Below are positions 37,536 through 47,384 of a stretch of DNA of 64,000 nt, in pieces. Position 1 is the stretch's first letter; every line of letters begins with the position of its first letter. This DNA comes from Patescibacteria group bacterium. Its GTDB lineage: Bacteria; Patescibacteriota; Gracilibacteria; UBA4473. The stretch covers positions 1-64,000 of the forward strand of contig CBFIAK010000001.1 in assembly GCA_965660445.1 (NCBI GenBank), in the 5' to 3' direction. A model generated the notes under the pieces. That model saw only the letters and a program-made list of their open reading frames with translations. It was not told the origin of the DNA and did no database searches. The position numbers and the translations under genes are program-made.

Positions 37536-39329
37536 ATGAAATATAGTGCTGACGAACTTCGAAAACAATGGTTTATATTTTGGGAATCAAAACATCATAA
37601 AATTATTCCATCAGCGAGTGTATTACCTGACAATGATCCAACGGCTTTGTTTCATAATGCTGGAATGCACCCACTTGTTCCATTCCTCATGGGACAAAAA
37701 CATCCAGAAGGAGTTCGACTCGCCAACGTACAAAAATGCATACGAACAGGTGACATTGATGAAGTGGGAGACGCAACACATCTGACATTTTTTGAGATGC
37801 TTGGAAACTGGTCTCTTGGAGATTATTTTAAGAAAGAGCAAATCGAATGGTCGTTTGAATTTTTAACCGATGTTCTCCAGCTCCCGCTCGAAAAATTAGC
37901 AGTATCAGTTTTTGCAGGCACTGAACATATTCCCCGAGATACTGAAAGTGCAAGATACTGGAAAGAATGCGGTATCATGCAAGAACGTATTGCGTATTTA
38001 GGTATGAAAGATAACTGGTGGGCAAAAGGAGATATTGGACCCTGCGGACCTGATACAGAAATGTTTTACTGGACTGGTGACACCCCTGCTCCTCTTCATT
38101 TTCAAGACACGCATGATGATCCTCGTTGGGTTGAAATTTGGAACGATGTTTTCATGCAGTTTCATAAAGATCAAAGCGGAATACTTCACCCTCTTCCACA
38201 AAAGAATATTGATACTGGTATGGGGCTTGAACGAGCTATAACCGTACTCAATGGATATCAATCTGTGTATCAAACTGAAATATTTACAGATATTTTGTCT
38301 CGAATATCAGATATTGCCAAAAAACCAGAAATCAAAGAAAACCCTATTGCACAAACTTCTACTGGACATTCTGCTCGTATCATCGCCGATCATATTCGAT
38401 CATCAAGCATTCTTATTGCTGATGGTATTTTTCCATCAAATGTTGATCAAGGATATATTTTAAGAAGACTCATTCGACGAGCTGTTCGACACGGTCGAAA
38501 GATTGGAATTCATGAAAATTTTTGTGCACGTGTTGCCGAACAAGTCATAGAAAACTTAATGCATACCTATACCGAACTTCATAGAGAAAAAAAGTCTATC
38601 CTTCATGCATTAGAACAAGAAGAAAACTTATTTCGAACAACACTTGAAAAAGGTGAAAAAGAGTTCGAAAAACTCATGATAAAACACGACGGACGTATTG
38701 ACGGAAAAATGGCTTTTTATATCTATGAAACATATGGATTCCCTTTTGAAATGACACAAGAGCTTGCACAAGAACACAACATTCAGATTGAAAAATCTGA
38801 GTTTGATATATGTATGAAAGAGCACCAAGAAAAATCAAAATCAAACGCTGAAAAGAAATTTAAAGGAGGACTTGGAGACCACTCAGAAGAAACAACAAAA
38901 TTACATACGGCTACTCATTTAATGCATACCGCATTACGAAAAGTACTCGGTGATCATGTTGAACAGAAAGGATCAAACATAACTCCTGAGCGGTTACGAT
39001 TTGATTTTTCTCATTCTGAAAAAATGACTCCCGAACAAATAAAAGCTGTAGAAGAACTGGTAAATACTGCTATTGATTCAGATGAAGAAGTTCATTGTGC
39101 AGAAATGACACTCGAAGAAGCACAAAAACAAAACGCCATTGGGCTCTTCCAAGACCGATATGCAGACCGAGTGAGCGTCTATACTATGGGTGAGTTTTCA
39201 AAAGAAATATGCGGAGGCCCACATGTCAAACGACTCGGAGAACTGGGACATTTTCAGATCACAAAAGAACAAAGTGCCGCACAAGGCATTAGACGAATTA
39301 AAGCGGTTCTGACCCCTCAGTCGAAATAA
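37536..39329 (+). CDS. alaS: Alanine--tRNA ligase, short form without the C-Ala domain
   Basis: NAGM, HLTFFEMLGNWS, GPCGP, IDTGMGLER, editing HTATH and CGGPHV. Confidence 0.96.
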   Translation: MKYSADELRKQWFIFWESKHHKIIPSASVLPDNDPTALFHNAGMHPLVPFLMGQKHPEGVRLANVQKCIRTGDIDEVGDATHLTFFEMLGNWSLGDYFKKEQIEWSFEFLTDVLQLPLEKLAVSVFAGTEHIPRDTESARYWKECGIMQERIAYLGMKDNWWAKGDIGPCGPDTEMFYWTGDTPAPLHFQDTHDDPRWVEIWNDVFMQFHKDQSGILHPLPQKNIDTGMGLERAITVLNGYQSVYQTEIFTDILSRISDIAKKPEIKENPIAQTSTGHSARIIADHIRSSSILIADGIFPSNVDQGYILRRLIRRAVRHGRKIGIHENFCARVAEQVIENLMHTYTELHREKKSILHALEQEENLFRTTLEKGEKEFEKLMIKHDGRIDGKMAFYIYETYGFPFEMTQELAQEHNIQIEKSEFDICMKEHQEKSKSNAEKKFKGGLGDHSEETTKLHTATHLMHTALRKVLGDHVEQKGSNITPERLRFDFSHSEKMTPEQIKAVEELVNTAIDSDEEVHCAEMTLEEAQKQNAIGLFQDRYADRVSVYTMGEFSKEICGGPHVKRLGELGHFQITKEQSAAQGIRRIKAVLTPQSK

Positions 39330-39375
39330 AGAGATTCAATCTTTTGAATGAACATTTTTCAAAGAAAAACGAGTT

Positions 39376-40071
39376 TTAATAGAGTATTTCACCCACTAAT
39401 GATTGGACTATTTGTTGTGTTTTTTGTAGTTCTTTTTGATGAGACAACCGATCATGTTCCATCTTTATTTTTTTCATATACAAAGGTCCATTCATCAGAC
39501 TAACCCATATATTAGCCAAACAATCAAGTTGTATATCATGCCCTTCATGATGCATTGTGATACGAAAATTATCAGTCATGAATCCAATGTGAGTGAGAGT
39601 TGTATAAAGATACGTAAGACAATCCTCAGAAATTCCCATTGTATAATCTTTAAAGAATTCACTTCGTCCTGACATTTGCGTTGCAAATAGAAGGAATCGT
39701 TTTAATTCTGAAAAACTTTGAAAAAATGGATATAACTGATCCATATCAAATAATGGTTCAAAATGATCAAGCACATCACTCAGAAAACGAGTACGAAACA
39801 CAGCGTTGCTCGCAATAAAGGGTGATTCCGAAATAAATCCTTGGTCTACAAACATTTGGACATCATCTTTATATTCAGGAACAAGTGTCTCTAAAAATTC
39901 CTGGTTTACAATAGGACATGTACTTTTGGGTGTATCACTTCCAGTCAACGTTGTTGCATCTGTATAGAGATGCAATATCATCTTATCGAATTCTTCTTTG
40001 GTTGATTCCAAGAAAGTATCTAATTTTTGATTATCACATTCGACATGGTGTGTGTGGGGGCAAATTTTCAT
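39376..40071 (-). CDS. Hypothetical protein (231 aa)
   Basis: Long ATG ORF filling the gap; no recognisable family. Confidence 0.7.
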   Translation of the reverse strand: MKICPHTHHVECDNQKLDTFLESTKEEFDKMILHLYTDATTLTGSDTPKSTCPIVNQEFLETLVPEYKDDVQMFVDQGFISESPFIASNAVFRTRFLSDVLDHFEPLFDMDQLYPFFQSFSELKRFLLFATQMSGRSEFFKDYTMGISEDCLTYLYTTLTHIGFMTDNFRITMHHEGHDIQLDCLANIWVSLMNGPLYMKKIKMEHDRLSHQKELQKTQQIVQSLVGEILY

Positions 40072-40108
40072 ACGTTTACAAAAAAAAAAGTTCTCGTATA
40101 CTTTTTAT

Positions 40109-40891
40109 ATGGTACCACATAGTATACAACAAAGAATAGAAAAAAACAATATTCCTCAACGCATATTACTCTCCGGTTCAGGGGACAATAAATCAATTGG
40201 TATCGCTATTGCATCCCTCTTACAAGACACTCCTCCTGACAGAATAGAACGAGGACTTCACCCTGATACACTTGTATTTCCGGATACTGGAAAAAGTTTT
40301 AAAATCGATTGGTCTGATGCTGCAAAAAAAGATAACCAAGACGAACACGAAAATGTACGAGGTCTTATTCGATGGGCTCATCAGAAACCAGCGCTGGGAA
40401 GATACCGAGTCGTTGTTTTTGAAAACTTAGAACGACTCACCGATGTTGCTCCTCATGCCTGTTTAAAACTGATTGAAGAACCACCTCAAAAAACAGTATT
40501 TATTTTTACCACACAAAACCATCATCATCGAAAACTGCTGGATACGATTATTTCTCGACTGACATTGTTTCGCATTTCTCATGGAAATACATTTGCTCTA
40601 CAGTATGAAGATGAAATAAATACGTTTCTCAATCACACCTCACTTATTCATAAGTTTAAACTTATAGAATCCCTTGATAAAGATTCTAAATCAAAATCTG
40701 ACCGCATTGATCGAAGTGAAATAAAAACTTTTCTCACAGACGTAATGCACATACTTCGTGATAAACAAACACATCACACATCACTTGAAGATGTTTTTGA
40801 AGCCTATGAAGCCATAGAAAAAAATATACATCCTCGTTTAGTTTTGGAGCGACTCGCATTACGAATGCATTTGCGCCATAAAGGATTGTAG
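40109..40891 (+). CDS. holB: DNA polymerase III delta-prime subunit-like
   Basis: HPD, LKLIEEPP, LLDTIISR. Confidence 0.85.
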   Translation: MVPHSIQQRIEKNNIPQRILLSGSGDNKSIGIAIASLLQDTPPDRIERGLHPDTLVFPDTGKSFKIDWSDAAKKDNQDEHENVRGLIRWAHQKPALGRYRVVVFENLERLTDVAPHACLKLIEEPPQKTVFIFTTQNHHHRKLLDTIISRLTLFRISHGNTFALQYEDEINTFLNHTSLIHKFKLIESLDKDSKSKSDRIDRSEIKTFLTDVMHILRDKQTHHTSLEDVFEAYEAIEKNIHPRLVLERLALRMHLRHKGL

Positions 40892-41905
40892 GTCAAAACG
40901 AGGGTTGGCATCAACAAATGAAACATTCTGATTGTTTTCTTTTTTCTGCGCCCATAGGTATCCAGCTGATGCAATCATAGCGGCATTATCAGTGGAATAC
41001 AAAAATTTATGAGGCATAAAAAACTGAATACCTCTTTCTTTACACCACTGCTGAAAAACTGATCGAATATAAGTATTCGCCGATACTCCACCCACAAAGT
41101 GTAATGCTTTTGTATCTGGAAATTGCTGAAACGATCGATCGAGTTTTTTGAGAAACGTCTGAGCAACACACGACTGAAAGCTCGCACAAACATCGGCTTT
41201 GAATTGTTCTGAAAAAGGTGTTGTTTCTGATTCAAGCAGTCTATATACAGCTGCTTTTAACCCCGAGAAAGAAAAATTTAAAGACTCTTTCTCTAAAAGA
41301 ATAATTGGAAAGGAGAAAGCGTTTGGGTCACCTTTTTCTGCATACTGACTCACAATGGGACCTCCTGGATAAGAAAGTCCGAGCATTTTCGCACATTTAT
41401 CAAACGCCTCCCCTGCTGCATCATCGAGAGTATATCCAATACATTCTACCTTATGCCAATGAGAAACTCTATACAGATGTGTATGCCCTCCGGACACAGT
41501 CAGTGTTAAACTGGGAAACTCAAAATCATCAAACGATCGATCAAGAAGGGGGGAAACAATATGTCCGTATACATGGTGAATCGGAATAATTGGTTTTTGT
41601 AATAACAGTGACAAAAAACTACCAACAGTAGTTCCGGTGAGAAGTGATGTTTGAAGCCCTGGACCGACTGTTACTGCTATAGCATCAATATCGTGCATAC
41701 GCATTTGTGAAACACTCAGTAGTTCTTCAAAAAGAGGGATAATGTGCAATTCATGAAGTCGCGCCGCCAGCTCTGGCACCACTCCCCCATAGTGAGCATG
41801 ATTCGTTATTTGAGAATGGGTAACATGCGCACACACATGTGTTGCGTTTTGCACAATACTCAAGGCTGTGTCATCACACGACGATTCGATACCAAGAATG
41901 TTCAT
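40859..41905 (-). CDS. tsaD: tRNA t6A37 threonylcarbamoyltransferase
   Basis: GIESSCDDT, GGVVPELAAR, SGGHT, DDAAGEAFDK, FSFSGLK, TDNAAMI. Confidence 0.96.
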   Translation of the reverse strand: MNILGIESSCDDTALSIVQNATHVCAHVTHSQITNHAHYGGVVPELAARLHELHIIPLFEELLSVSQMRMHDIDAIAVTVGPGLQTSLLTGTTVGSFLSLLLQKPIIPIHHVYGHIVSPLLDRSFDDFEFPSLTLTVSGGHTHLYRVSHWHKVECIGYTLDDAAGEAFDKCAKMLGLSYPGGPIVSQYAEKGDPNAFSFPIILLEKESLNFSFSGLKAAVYRLLESETTPFSEQFKADVCASFQSCVAQTFLKKLDRSFQQFPDTKALHFVGGVSANTYIRSVFQQWCKERGIQFFMPHKFLYSTDNAAMIASAGYLWAQKKENNQNVSFVDANPRFDLQSFMAQMHS

Positions 41906-41911
41906 AAAAAA

Positions 41912-42319
41912 TTATCGATATTGTTCAGCATAATAATATCGGTTCAAAGGGATATCTTTTGAAACCGATAACCAACGAATAAGTCGTTTTTTTCCTGACA
42001 TATCAGAATGTCCATGAAAATTATATCGTGTTCGATATGGGGTCTGAAAAGGAAGGACTTCTTTTTTTGCTGGAATATCTGGCATTTGAATACGAGTTTC
42101 ATTGCTGTGAAGAGCATATGCTGCTCGAATACGATTTTTGGGATTCAGTGAATACCAAGGTACCAGACCATCAAATTGGTATTCTTTCACCAAAGGGGTG
42201 TCAGCAACTGATTGAAGTGATGATTGTCCAAACACCGAATGAGCCCCAAAAAAAAGGAAAAAAGGAGCGACAATTGTCACTCCTAAAATTTGAAGAATGA
42301 GTCGTTGTATACCAATCAT
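41912..42319 (-). CDS. Hypothetical secreted or membrane protein
   Basis: Signal-like N-terminus; lies between fusA and tsaD on the same strand with 5-6 nt gaps. Confidence 0.6.
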   Translation of the reverse strand: MIGIQRLILQILGVTIVAPFFLFFGAHSVFGQSSLQSVADTPLVKEYQFDGLVPWYSLNPKNRIRAAYALHSNETRIQMPDIPAKKEVLPFQTPYRTRYNFHGHSDMSGKKRLIRWLSVSKDIPLNRYYYAEQYR

Positions 42320-42324
42320 ACCTT

Positions 42325-44418
42325 TTATTTTCGTTCACTAATAATTTTTTCCGAAACACTTGATGGGACTTTATCATAATGAGAAAACTCCATTGAATAA
42401 CTCGCACGTCCTTGTGTAAATGATCGAAGATCAGTTGCATACCCAAACATGGACGCCAAAGGAATTTTTGCTTGTACACATTTTGCAAGTCCTCGGTCAC
42501 CACTTTCTTGAATAATTCCTCTTCGAGACGAAATATCTCCCATAACATCTCCTAAGTAATCTTCTGGTGTGACAATCTCAACAGACATAATAGGTTCCAA
42601 AAGAACTGGTTTTGCTTTTTTTGCTCCTTCTTTGAAAGCATGAATAGCTGCTGTTTTAAACGCTAATTCTGAAGAGTCCACATCATGATAAGACCCATCA
42701 ATAAGCTCTACTTCTACATCAACAACAGGATACCCTGCCAAAACTCCTCGATTAATAGCTTCTGTAAACCCTTTTTGACATCCCGGAATGTATTCATTTG
42801 GAATAGAAGCTCCTTTAATAGAGTTAATAAACTTAAACGAAGCATCATCATCTGTGGTTTTGACTCTTGGTCGAATTTTACAAACAACATGTCCAAACTG
42901 ACCACGTCCTCCTGATTGCTTCTTATGCGTATATTCTGATTCTACTTCTTGTTGAATTGTTTCTCTATACGCTACTTGTGGTTGTCCGATATTTGCTTCG
43001 ACTTTAAACTCTCGTTTCATACGATCCACTAAAACATCAAGATGTAATTCACCCATCCCCGACATAATAGTTTGTCCAGTATCTTCATCCGTATACACTT
43101 TGAATGTTGGATCTTCTTCTGCAAGTTTTTGTAACGCCAACCCCATTTTTTCTTGATCGGCTTTTGTTTTTGGTTCAATAGAAATTGAAATAACTGGTTC
43201 TGGAAAGTTCATAGACTCAAGCACAATGGGTTGTTTTTCATCACATAATGTTTCCCCTGTTTTTGTACTCTTAATACCCACAACCGCTCCAATATGTCCA
43301 GCAGGAATTTCTTGAATTTCTTCTCGAGTATTGGCATGCATTTGAAGCAATCGTCCAATACGTTCTTTTTCTCCTGAATTTACGTTGTACACATATGACC
43401 CAGAACTTAAGACACCTGAATACACACGCACAAAAGTAATTCGTCCCACATATGGATCGGTTGCAATTTTGAATGCCAAAGCAGCGAGTGGTTCTGTTTT
43501 GCTTGGTTTTCGTCTAATAATTTCTTCTGCATTGTCTGGATGATGCCCATCAATACTTCCTACATCTAATGGGGTTGGCAAATAATACGTAACCGCATCA
43601 AGCAGAGGTTGAACTCCTTTGTTTTTGAGAGCCGTTCCTGTTAAAACTGGTACAAAATGCCCCTTAATAGTTGCTTTTCGAATTCCTGCTCGAATTTCAT
43701 CGACTGTTAACTCACTACCCTCAAGATATTTTTCCATCAATGCTTCATCCGTAGTTGCAATCGCTTCTAACATTTTCCCTCTCCATTCTTGTGCAACTTT
43801 CATTTCTTCAGCGGGAACATCAATTACTTCTAGTTCTTTTCCTGCATCATCATGATAAATAGTCGCTTTCATTTCTACTAAGTCAATAATCCCTTGAAAC
43901 TGAGACTCTATTCCAATGGGAAGCTGAATAGGATATGCATCTTTCGTAAGTCGCTCAATAATCGATTCGTATGAACGCCAAAAACTCGCCCCTGTTCGAT
44001 CAAGTTTATTGATAAAACACATTCGAGGAACTTTATACGTATCAGCTTGTCGCCATACAGTTTCTGATTGTGGCTCAACACCCGCAACACCATCAAACAC
44101 ACAAACCGCTCCATCAAGGACTCGAAGTGATCGCTCTACTTCTACCGTAAAATCAACGTGCCCAGGTGTATCGATAATATTAATCTGACAATCTTGCCAA
44201 AAACAAGTTGTTGCCGCAGAAGTAATAGTAATTCCACGCTCTTGTTCTTGTTCCATCCAGTCCATAGTTGCCTGACCATCATGAACTTCCCCAATTTTAT
44301 GTGACCGTCCTGTATAAAACAAGATTCGTTCGGTTACAGTGGTTTTTCCAGCATCAATATGGGCAATAATCCCGATATTTCGCACTTTGTCTAATGAGTA
44401 ATGTTGAGGTTTTGACAT
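42325..44418 (-). CDS. fusA: Elongation factor G
   Basis: [41 protein letters not shown]. Confidence 0.98.
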   Translation of the reverse strand: MSKPQHYSLDKVRNIGIIAHIDAGKTTVTERILFYTGRSHKIGEVHDGQATMDWMEQEQERGITITSAATTCFWQDCQINIIDTPGHVDFTVEVERSLRVLDGAVCVFDGVAGVEPQSETVWRQADTYKVPRMCFINKLDRTGASFWRSYESIIERLTKDAYPIQLPIGIESQFQGIIDLVEMKATIYHDDAGKELEVIDVPAEEMKVAQEWRGKMLEAIATTDEALMEKYLEGSELTVDEIRAGIRKATIKGHFVPVLTGTALKNKGVQPLLDAVTYYLPTPLDVGSIDGHHPDNAEEIIRRKPSKTEPLAALAFKIATDPYVGRITFVRVYSGVLSSGSYVYNVNSGEKERIGRLLQMHANTREEIQEIPAGHIGAVVGIKSTKTGETLCDEKQPIVLESMNFPEPVISISIEPKTKADQEKMGLALQKLAEEDPTFKVYTDEDTGQTIMSGMGELHLDVLVDRMKREFKVEANIGQPQVAYRETIQQEVESEYTHKKQSGGRGQFGHVVCKIRPRVKTTDDDASFKFINSIKGASIPNEYIPGCQKGFTEAINRGVLAGYPVVDVEVELIDGSYHDVDSSELAFKTAAIHAFKEGAKKAKPVLLEPIMSVEIVTPEDYLGDVMGDISSRRGIIQESGDRGLAKCVQAKIPLASMFGYATDLRSFTQGRASYSMEFSHYDKVPSSVSEKIISERK

Positions 44419-44543
44419 AGTCAATAAAAATTAAAAAAATACAGCTAAAAATCGTGTGGATTGTAAAAAGTGTTCTAAAAATGTCAATACAATCCAAGAG
44501 AGCATACCAAAAGAACCCAAAAAAAAGAAACCAAATTATTCCC

Positions 44544-44984
44544 TTAACGGTTTGAAAACGATTTCAAGAGAGTATCAAGTTTTTTCTGTCCCTCAACATA
44601 CAATTCTTCAATATACGAACGAGAAGCATTATATAATTCATCTATTTTTTGTTTTCCTTCTTTTGTTTTGTATTCAGCCGTTGTTTTTGCTTTTTCATAC
44701 CAAGCCTGTAGATCAATCATCATTGTTTGATATTTATGAGATAATGTGTTTTTTTGTTTCTCATAATATTGCGATGTAGCATCTGCTTGTTTTTCCACGC
44801 AAGCCTCAACCTCAGCTTGATACACATTCACCGCCTCTATACCAGAATCCCAAAAAGATGACAATGAACCAGACAATGAATCAAGCTGGCTCTGCACTTG
44901 CTTATTTGCTGTTTCATACATTTTTTTTGCTGATTCATACCATGATTCGGCTGTATCACGATTATTGTTTTCTAAAGGAGGCAT
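44544..44984 (-). CDS. Amphipathic helical-repeat protein (apolipoprotein/LEA-like)
   Basis: Start at MPPLENNN; recurring WYESAK/YYEKQK/WYEKAK/LYNASR/LYVEGQ units. Confidence 0.6.
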   Translation of the reverse strand: MPPLENNNRDTAESWYESAKKMYETANKQVQSQLDSLSGSLSSFWDSGIEAVNVYQAEVEACVEKQADATSQYYEKQKNTLSHKYQTMMIDLQAWYEKAKTTAEYKTKEGKQKIDELYNASRSYIEELYVEGQKKLDTLLKSFSNR

Positions 44985-45094
44985 ATAAAAAGAATTTAAG
45001 AATTCAATAGAAATAATACCAGAAAAAGAAAAACAAACAAACCTAAAAAAAGCCACTTGAAGCAAAATAAAAACTATGATACACATAAAAGACA

Positions 45095-45532
45095 ATGATT
45101 CAGAATAAAAAAGCTTTTTTTGATTATGACATCCAAGACACACTGCTTGCGGGAATGGTTCTTCAAGGATGGGAAGTGAAATCAATTCGCAATCAAAACG
45201 CTCATATAAAAGGAGCATGGATTAAGATTCGAAACGGAGAAGCTTTTTTAGAAAATTTTCAGATAAATCCATACAAATTTGCCCCTGAGTCAAAGCAAAC
45301 TACAACACAAGTAAAACTATTATTGAAGAAAAAAGAAATAGATTCGCTTGAACGAAAAATAAAGGAAAAAAACATGAGTCTTGTTCCGTTACGTATTCTT
45401 GATCGATCAAAACATATCAAGTGTGAGATCGGTATTGGGAAAGGACGAAAAAAATACGAAAAACGAAACGTTTTAAAAGAACGAACTGAAAAACGAGAAA
45501 TTGCACAAAAATTGAAAAAATTTCGAACATAA
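45095..45532 (+). CDS. smpB: SsrA-binding protein
   Basis: NKKAFFDY, AGMVLQGWEVKSIR, KLLL, GKGRKKYEKR. Confidence 0.95.
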   Translation: MIQNKKAFFDYDIQDTLLAGMVLQGWEVKSIRNQNAHIKGAWIKIRNGEAFLENFQINPYKFAPESKQTTTQVKLLLKKKEIDSLERKIKEKNMSLVPLRILDRSKHIKCEIGIGKGRKKYEKRNVLKERTEKREIAQKLKKFRT

Positions 45533-45545
45533 GTAGTATCAAAAT

Positions 45546-46007
45546 ATGAAAGAACCAAAAAAGCTGTCACTTGCGGAATCAAAAGTTATTGATTCTCGAA
45601 CGGCCAACAATGGTCAAATTATTCGACGTCGTCGCGAATGCCTCCACACTGGACAACGCTTCACAACCTTTGAACGTATTCAAACATCAAACCTTATTGT
45701 TCTGAAACGAGATGGAACATCTGAACCATATGATCGAGAAAAACTCGAGAAAGGGATTATGATATCCTGCGGAAAAAGAGCTATATCGATCAATATTATT
45801 CATGCCCAACTTTCAGAACTCGAAGAAAAATGGAGCCAAAAAGGAAGTGTTGAATCACAACAAATTGGAGAGGATATTATGAAAATGTTAAAAAAAATAG
45901 ATGATGTGGCTTATATCAGATTCGCTTCAGTCTACAAAAAATTTCAAGATATTGAAACGTTTAAGAAAGCACTTGATGAAGTTCTTGAAAAACACAACGA
46001 GTCATAG
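45546..46007 (+). CDS. nrdR: Transcriptional repressor NrdR (zinc ligands lost)
   Basis: KVIDSR, IRRRREC, RFTTFE, ATP-cone VLKRDG, VAYIRFASVY. Confidence 0.93.
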   Translation: MKEPKKLSLAESKVIDSRTANNGQIIRRRRECLHTGQRFTTFERIQTSNLIVLKRDGTSEPYDREKLEKGIMISCGKRAISINIIHAQLSELEEKWSQKGSVESQQIGEDIMKMLKKIDDVAYIRFASVYKKFQDIETFKKALDEVLEKHNES

Positions 46008-46059
46008 ATTTTAAAAAAAGTTCTGTTGTTTTTTTCTTCTTCTTTCATACTATAACAGC

Positions 46060-46623
46060 ATGGATATAATATTTATTGGTATACAAGGATCAGGAAAAGG
46101 CACTCAAGCACGATTATTACAAGAAAAAAAGGGGTATGCTCTTTTTGAAACAGGTGCTCAATTGCGCTCTATAAGTCAAGAAAACTCAGTACTCGGAAAA
46201 AAGATAAAAAAAATTATTGAGAATGGAAATCTCGTTGAAAATGAAACGGTTATGGCATTAGTTGAGACTTTTTTGGAATCACACAATGCATCTCAGCCAA
46301 TTCTTTTCGATGGGATCCCTCGTTTTGAAACACAACGTCAATCACTCGAAACACTTCTCAACAATCAAAACCGATTATTTCATGTGATACACATAACCCT
46401 TCCTGAATCAGAAGTGCTCAAACGTCTGCACGAACGAGCTGAAAAAGAAGGACGAAAAGATGACACAAAAGAAGCAATTCAAACACGAATTCAGCATTTT
46501 TATACATACACACAACCACTCATCGATACATGGAAAAAAGAAAACAAAATAACAACTATTAATGGAGACCGACCACTCCAAGATGTTCATACAGACATTC
46601 TTTCTCTCATCAATTCACTGTAG
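46060..46623 (+). CDS. adk: Adenylate kinase (short LID)
   Basis: GIQGSGKGTQ, FDGIPR, GRKDD. Confidence 0.92.
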   Translation: MDIIFIGIQGSGKGTQARLLQEKKGYALFETGAQLRSISQENSVLGKKIKKIIENGNLVENETVMALVETFLESHNASQPILFDGIPRFETQRQSLETLLNNQNRLFHVIHITLPESEVLKRLHERAEKEGRKDDTKEAIQTRIQHFYTYTQPLIDTWKKENKITTINGDRPLQDVHTDILSLINSL

Positions 46624-46631
46624 ATTTATTC

Positions 46632-47381
46632 ATGAAAATTATCCCAAAGACTCCAGAACAGATTCAACTCATGAGACAAGCGGGTACTATCTGGCGTGAA
46701 ACAATTGAGGTATTAAAAAAACACATTCAGGAGGGAACAACGCTTCTTTCTTTAGATGCTATTGCAGAAGAAACAATCCGAAGCAAAAATGCCATTCCTG
46801 CTTTCAAAGACTTTGAAGGATTTCCAAACACGCTCTGCACAATGCTCAATAGTGAAGTTGTTCATGGAATTCCTGATAATCGAACACTCAAAAATGGAGA
46901 TTTACTCACCATTGATGGCGGATGCATTTATAAAGGATGGTATAGTGATGCCGCTTTTAGTATAATTGTAGGTGGCGATGAAATGAATCCCGCACGAGCT
47001 CGGTTTTCAAAAACAGTATACCAAGCACTTCAACAAGGCTGTCAAATGGCTCGCACAGGTAATACCCTCGGAGATATTGGCTGGGCGATTGAAAAACATA
47101 TTACTGAAAACGGATATACGCTGTGTAAAGAATACACGGGGCACGGTATTGGTATGTCTATGCATGAAGAACCATATGTCTATAATTATGGAAACCGTCA
47201 TGAAGGTATGAAACTGCGCACAGGTATGACCTTATGCATTGAGCCTATTGTGACTATGGGGAAACCAAAAGTAAAAATCCTTTCTGATGGATGGACGGTC
47301 GCAACACATGATGGAAAAGATGCTTGCCAGTGGGAACACTGCGGAGTTGTAACTCCTGATGGGTTTGATATTTTCGTCTAA
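46632..47381 (+). CDS. map: Methionine aminopeptidase type I
   Basis: VVHGIP, IDGG, GHGIG..MHEEP, IEP, EH. Confidence 0.95.
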   Translation: MKIIPKTPEQIQLMRQAGTIWRETIEVLKKHIQEGTTLLSLDAIAEETIRSKNAIPAFKDFEGFPNTLCTMLNSEVVHGIPDNRTLKNGDLLTIDGGCIYKGWYSDAAFSIIVGGDEMNPARARFSKTVYQALQQGCQMARTGNTLGDIGWAIEKHITENGYTLCKEYTGHGIGMSMHEEPYVYNYGNRHEGMKLRTGMTLCIEPIVTMGKPKVKILSDGWTVATHDGKDACQWEHCGVVTPDGFDIFV

Positions 47382-47384
47382 AAC

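Noticed and set aside
37536-39329. alaS as a truncated pseudogene
   Set aside because: Aminoacylation and editing motifs are intact and the ORF ends cleanly after the editing domain; short AlaRS forms are known.
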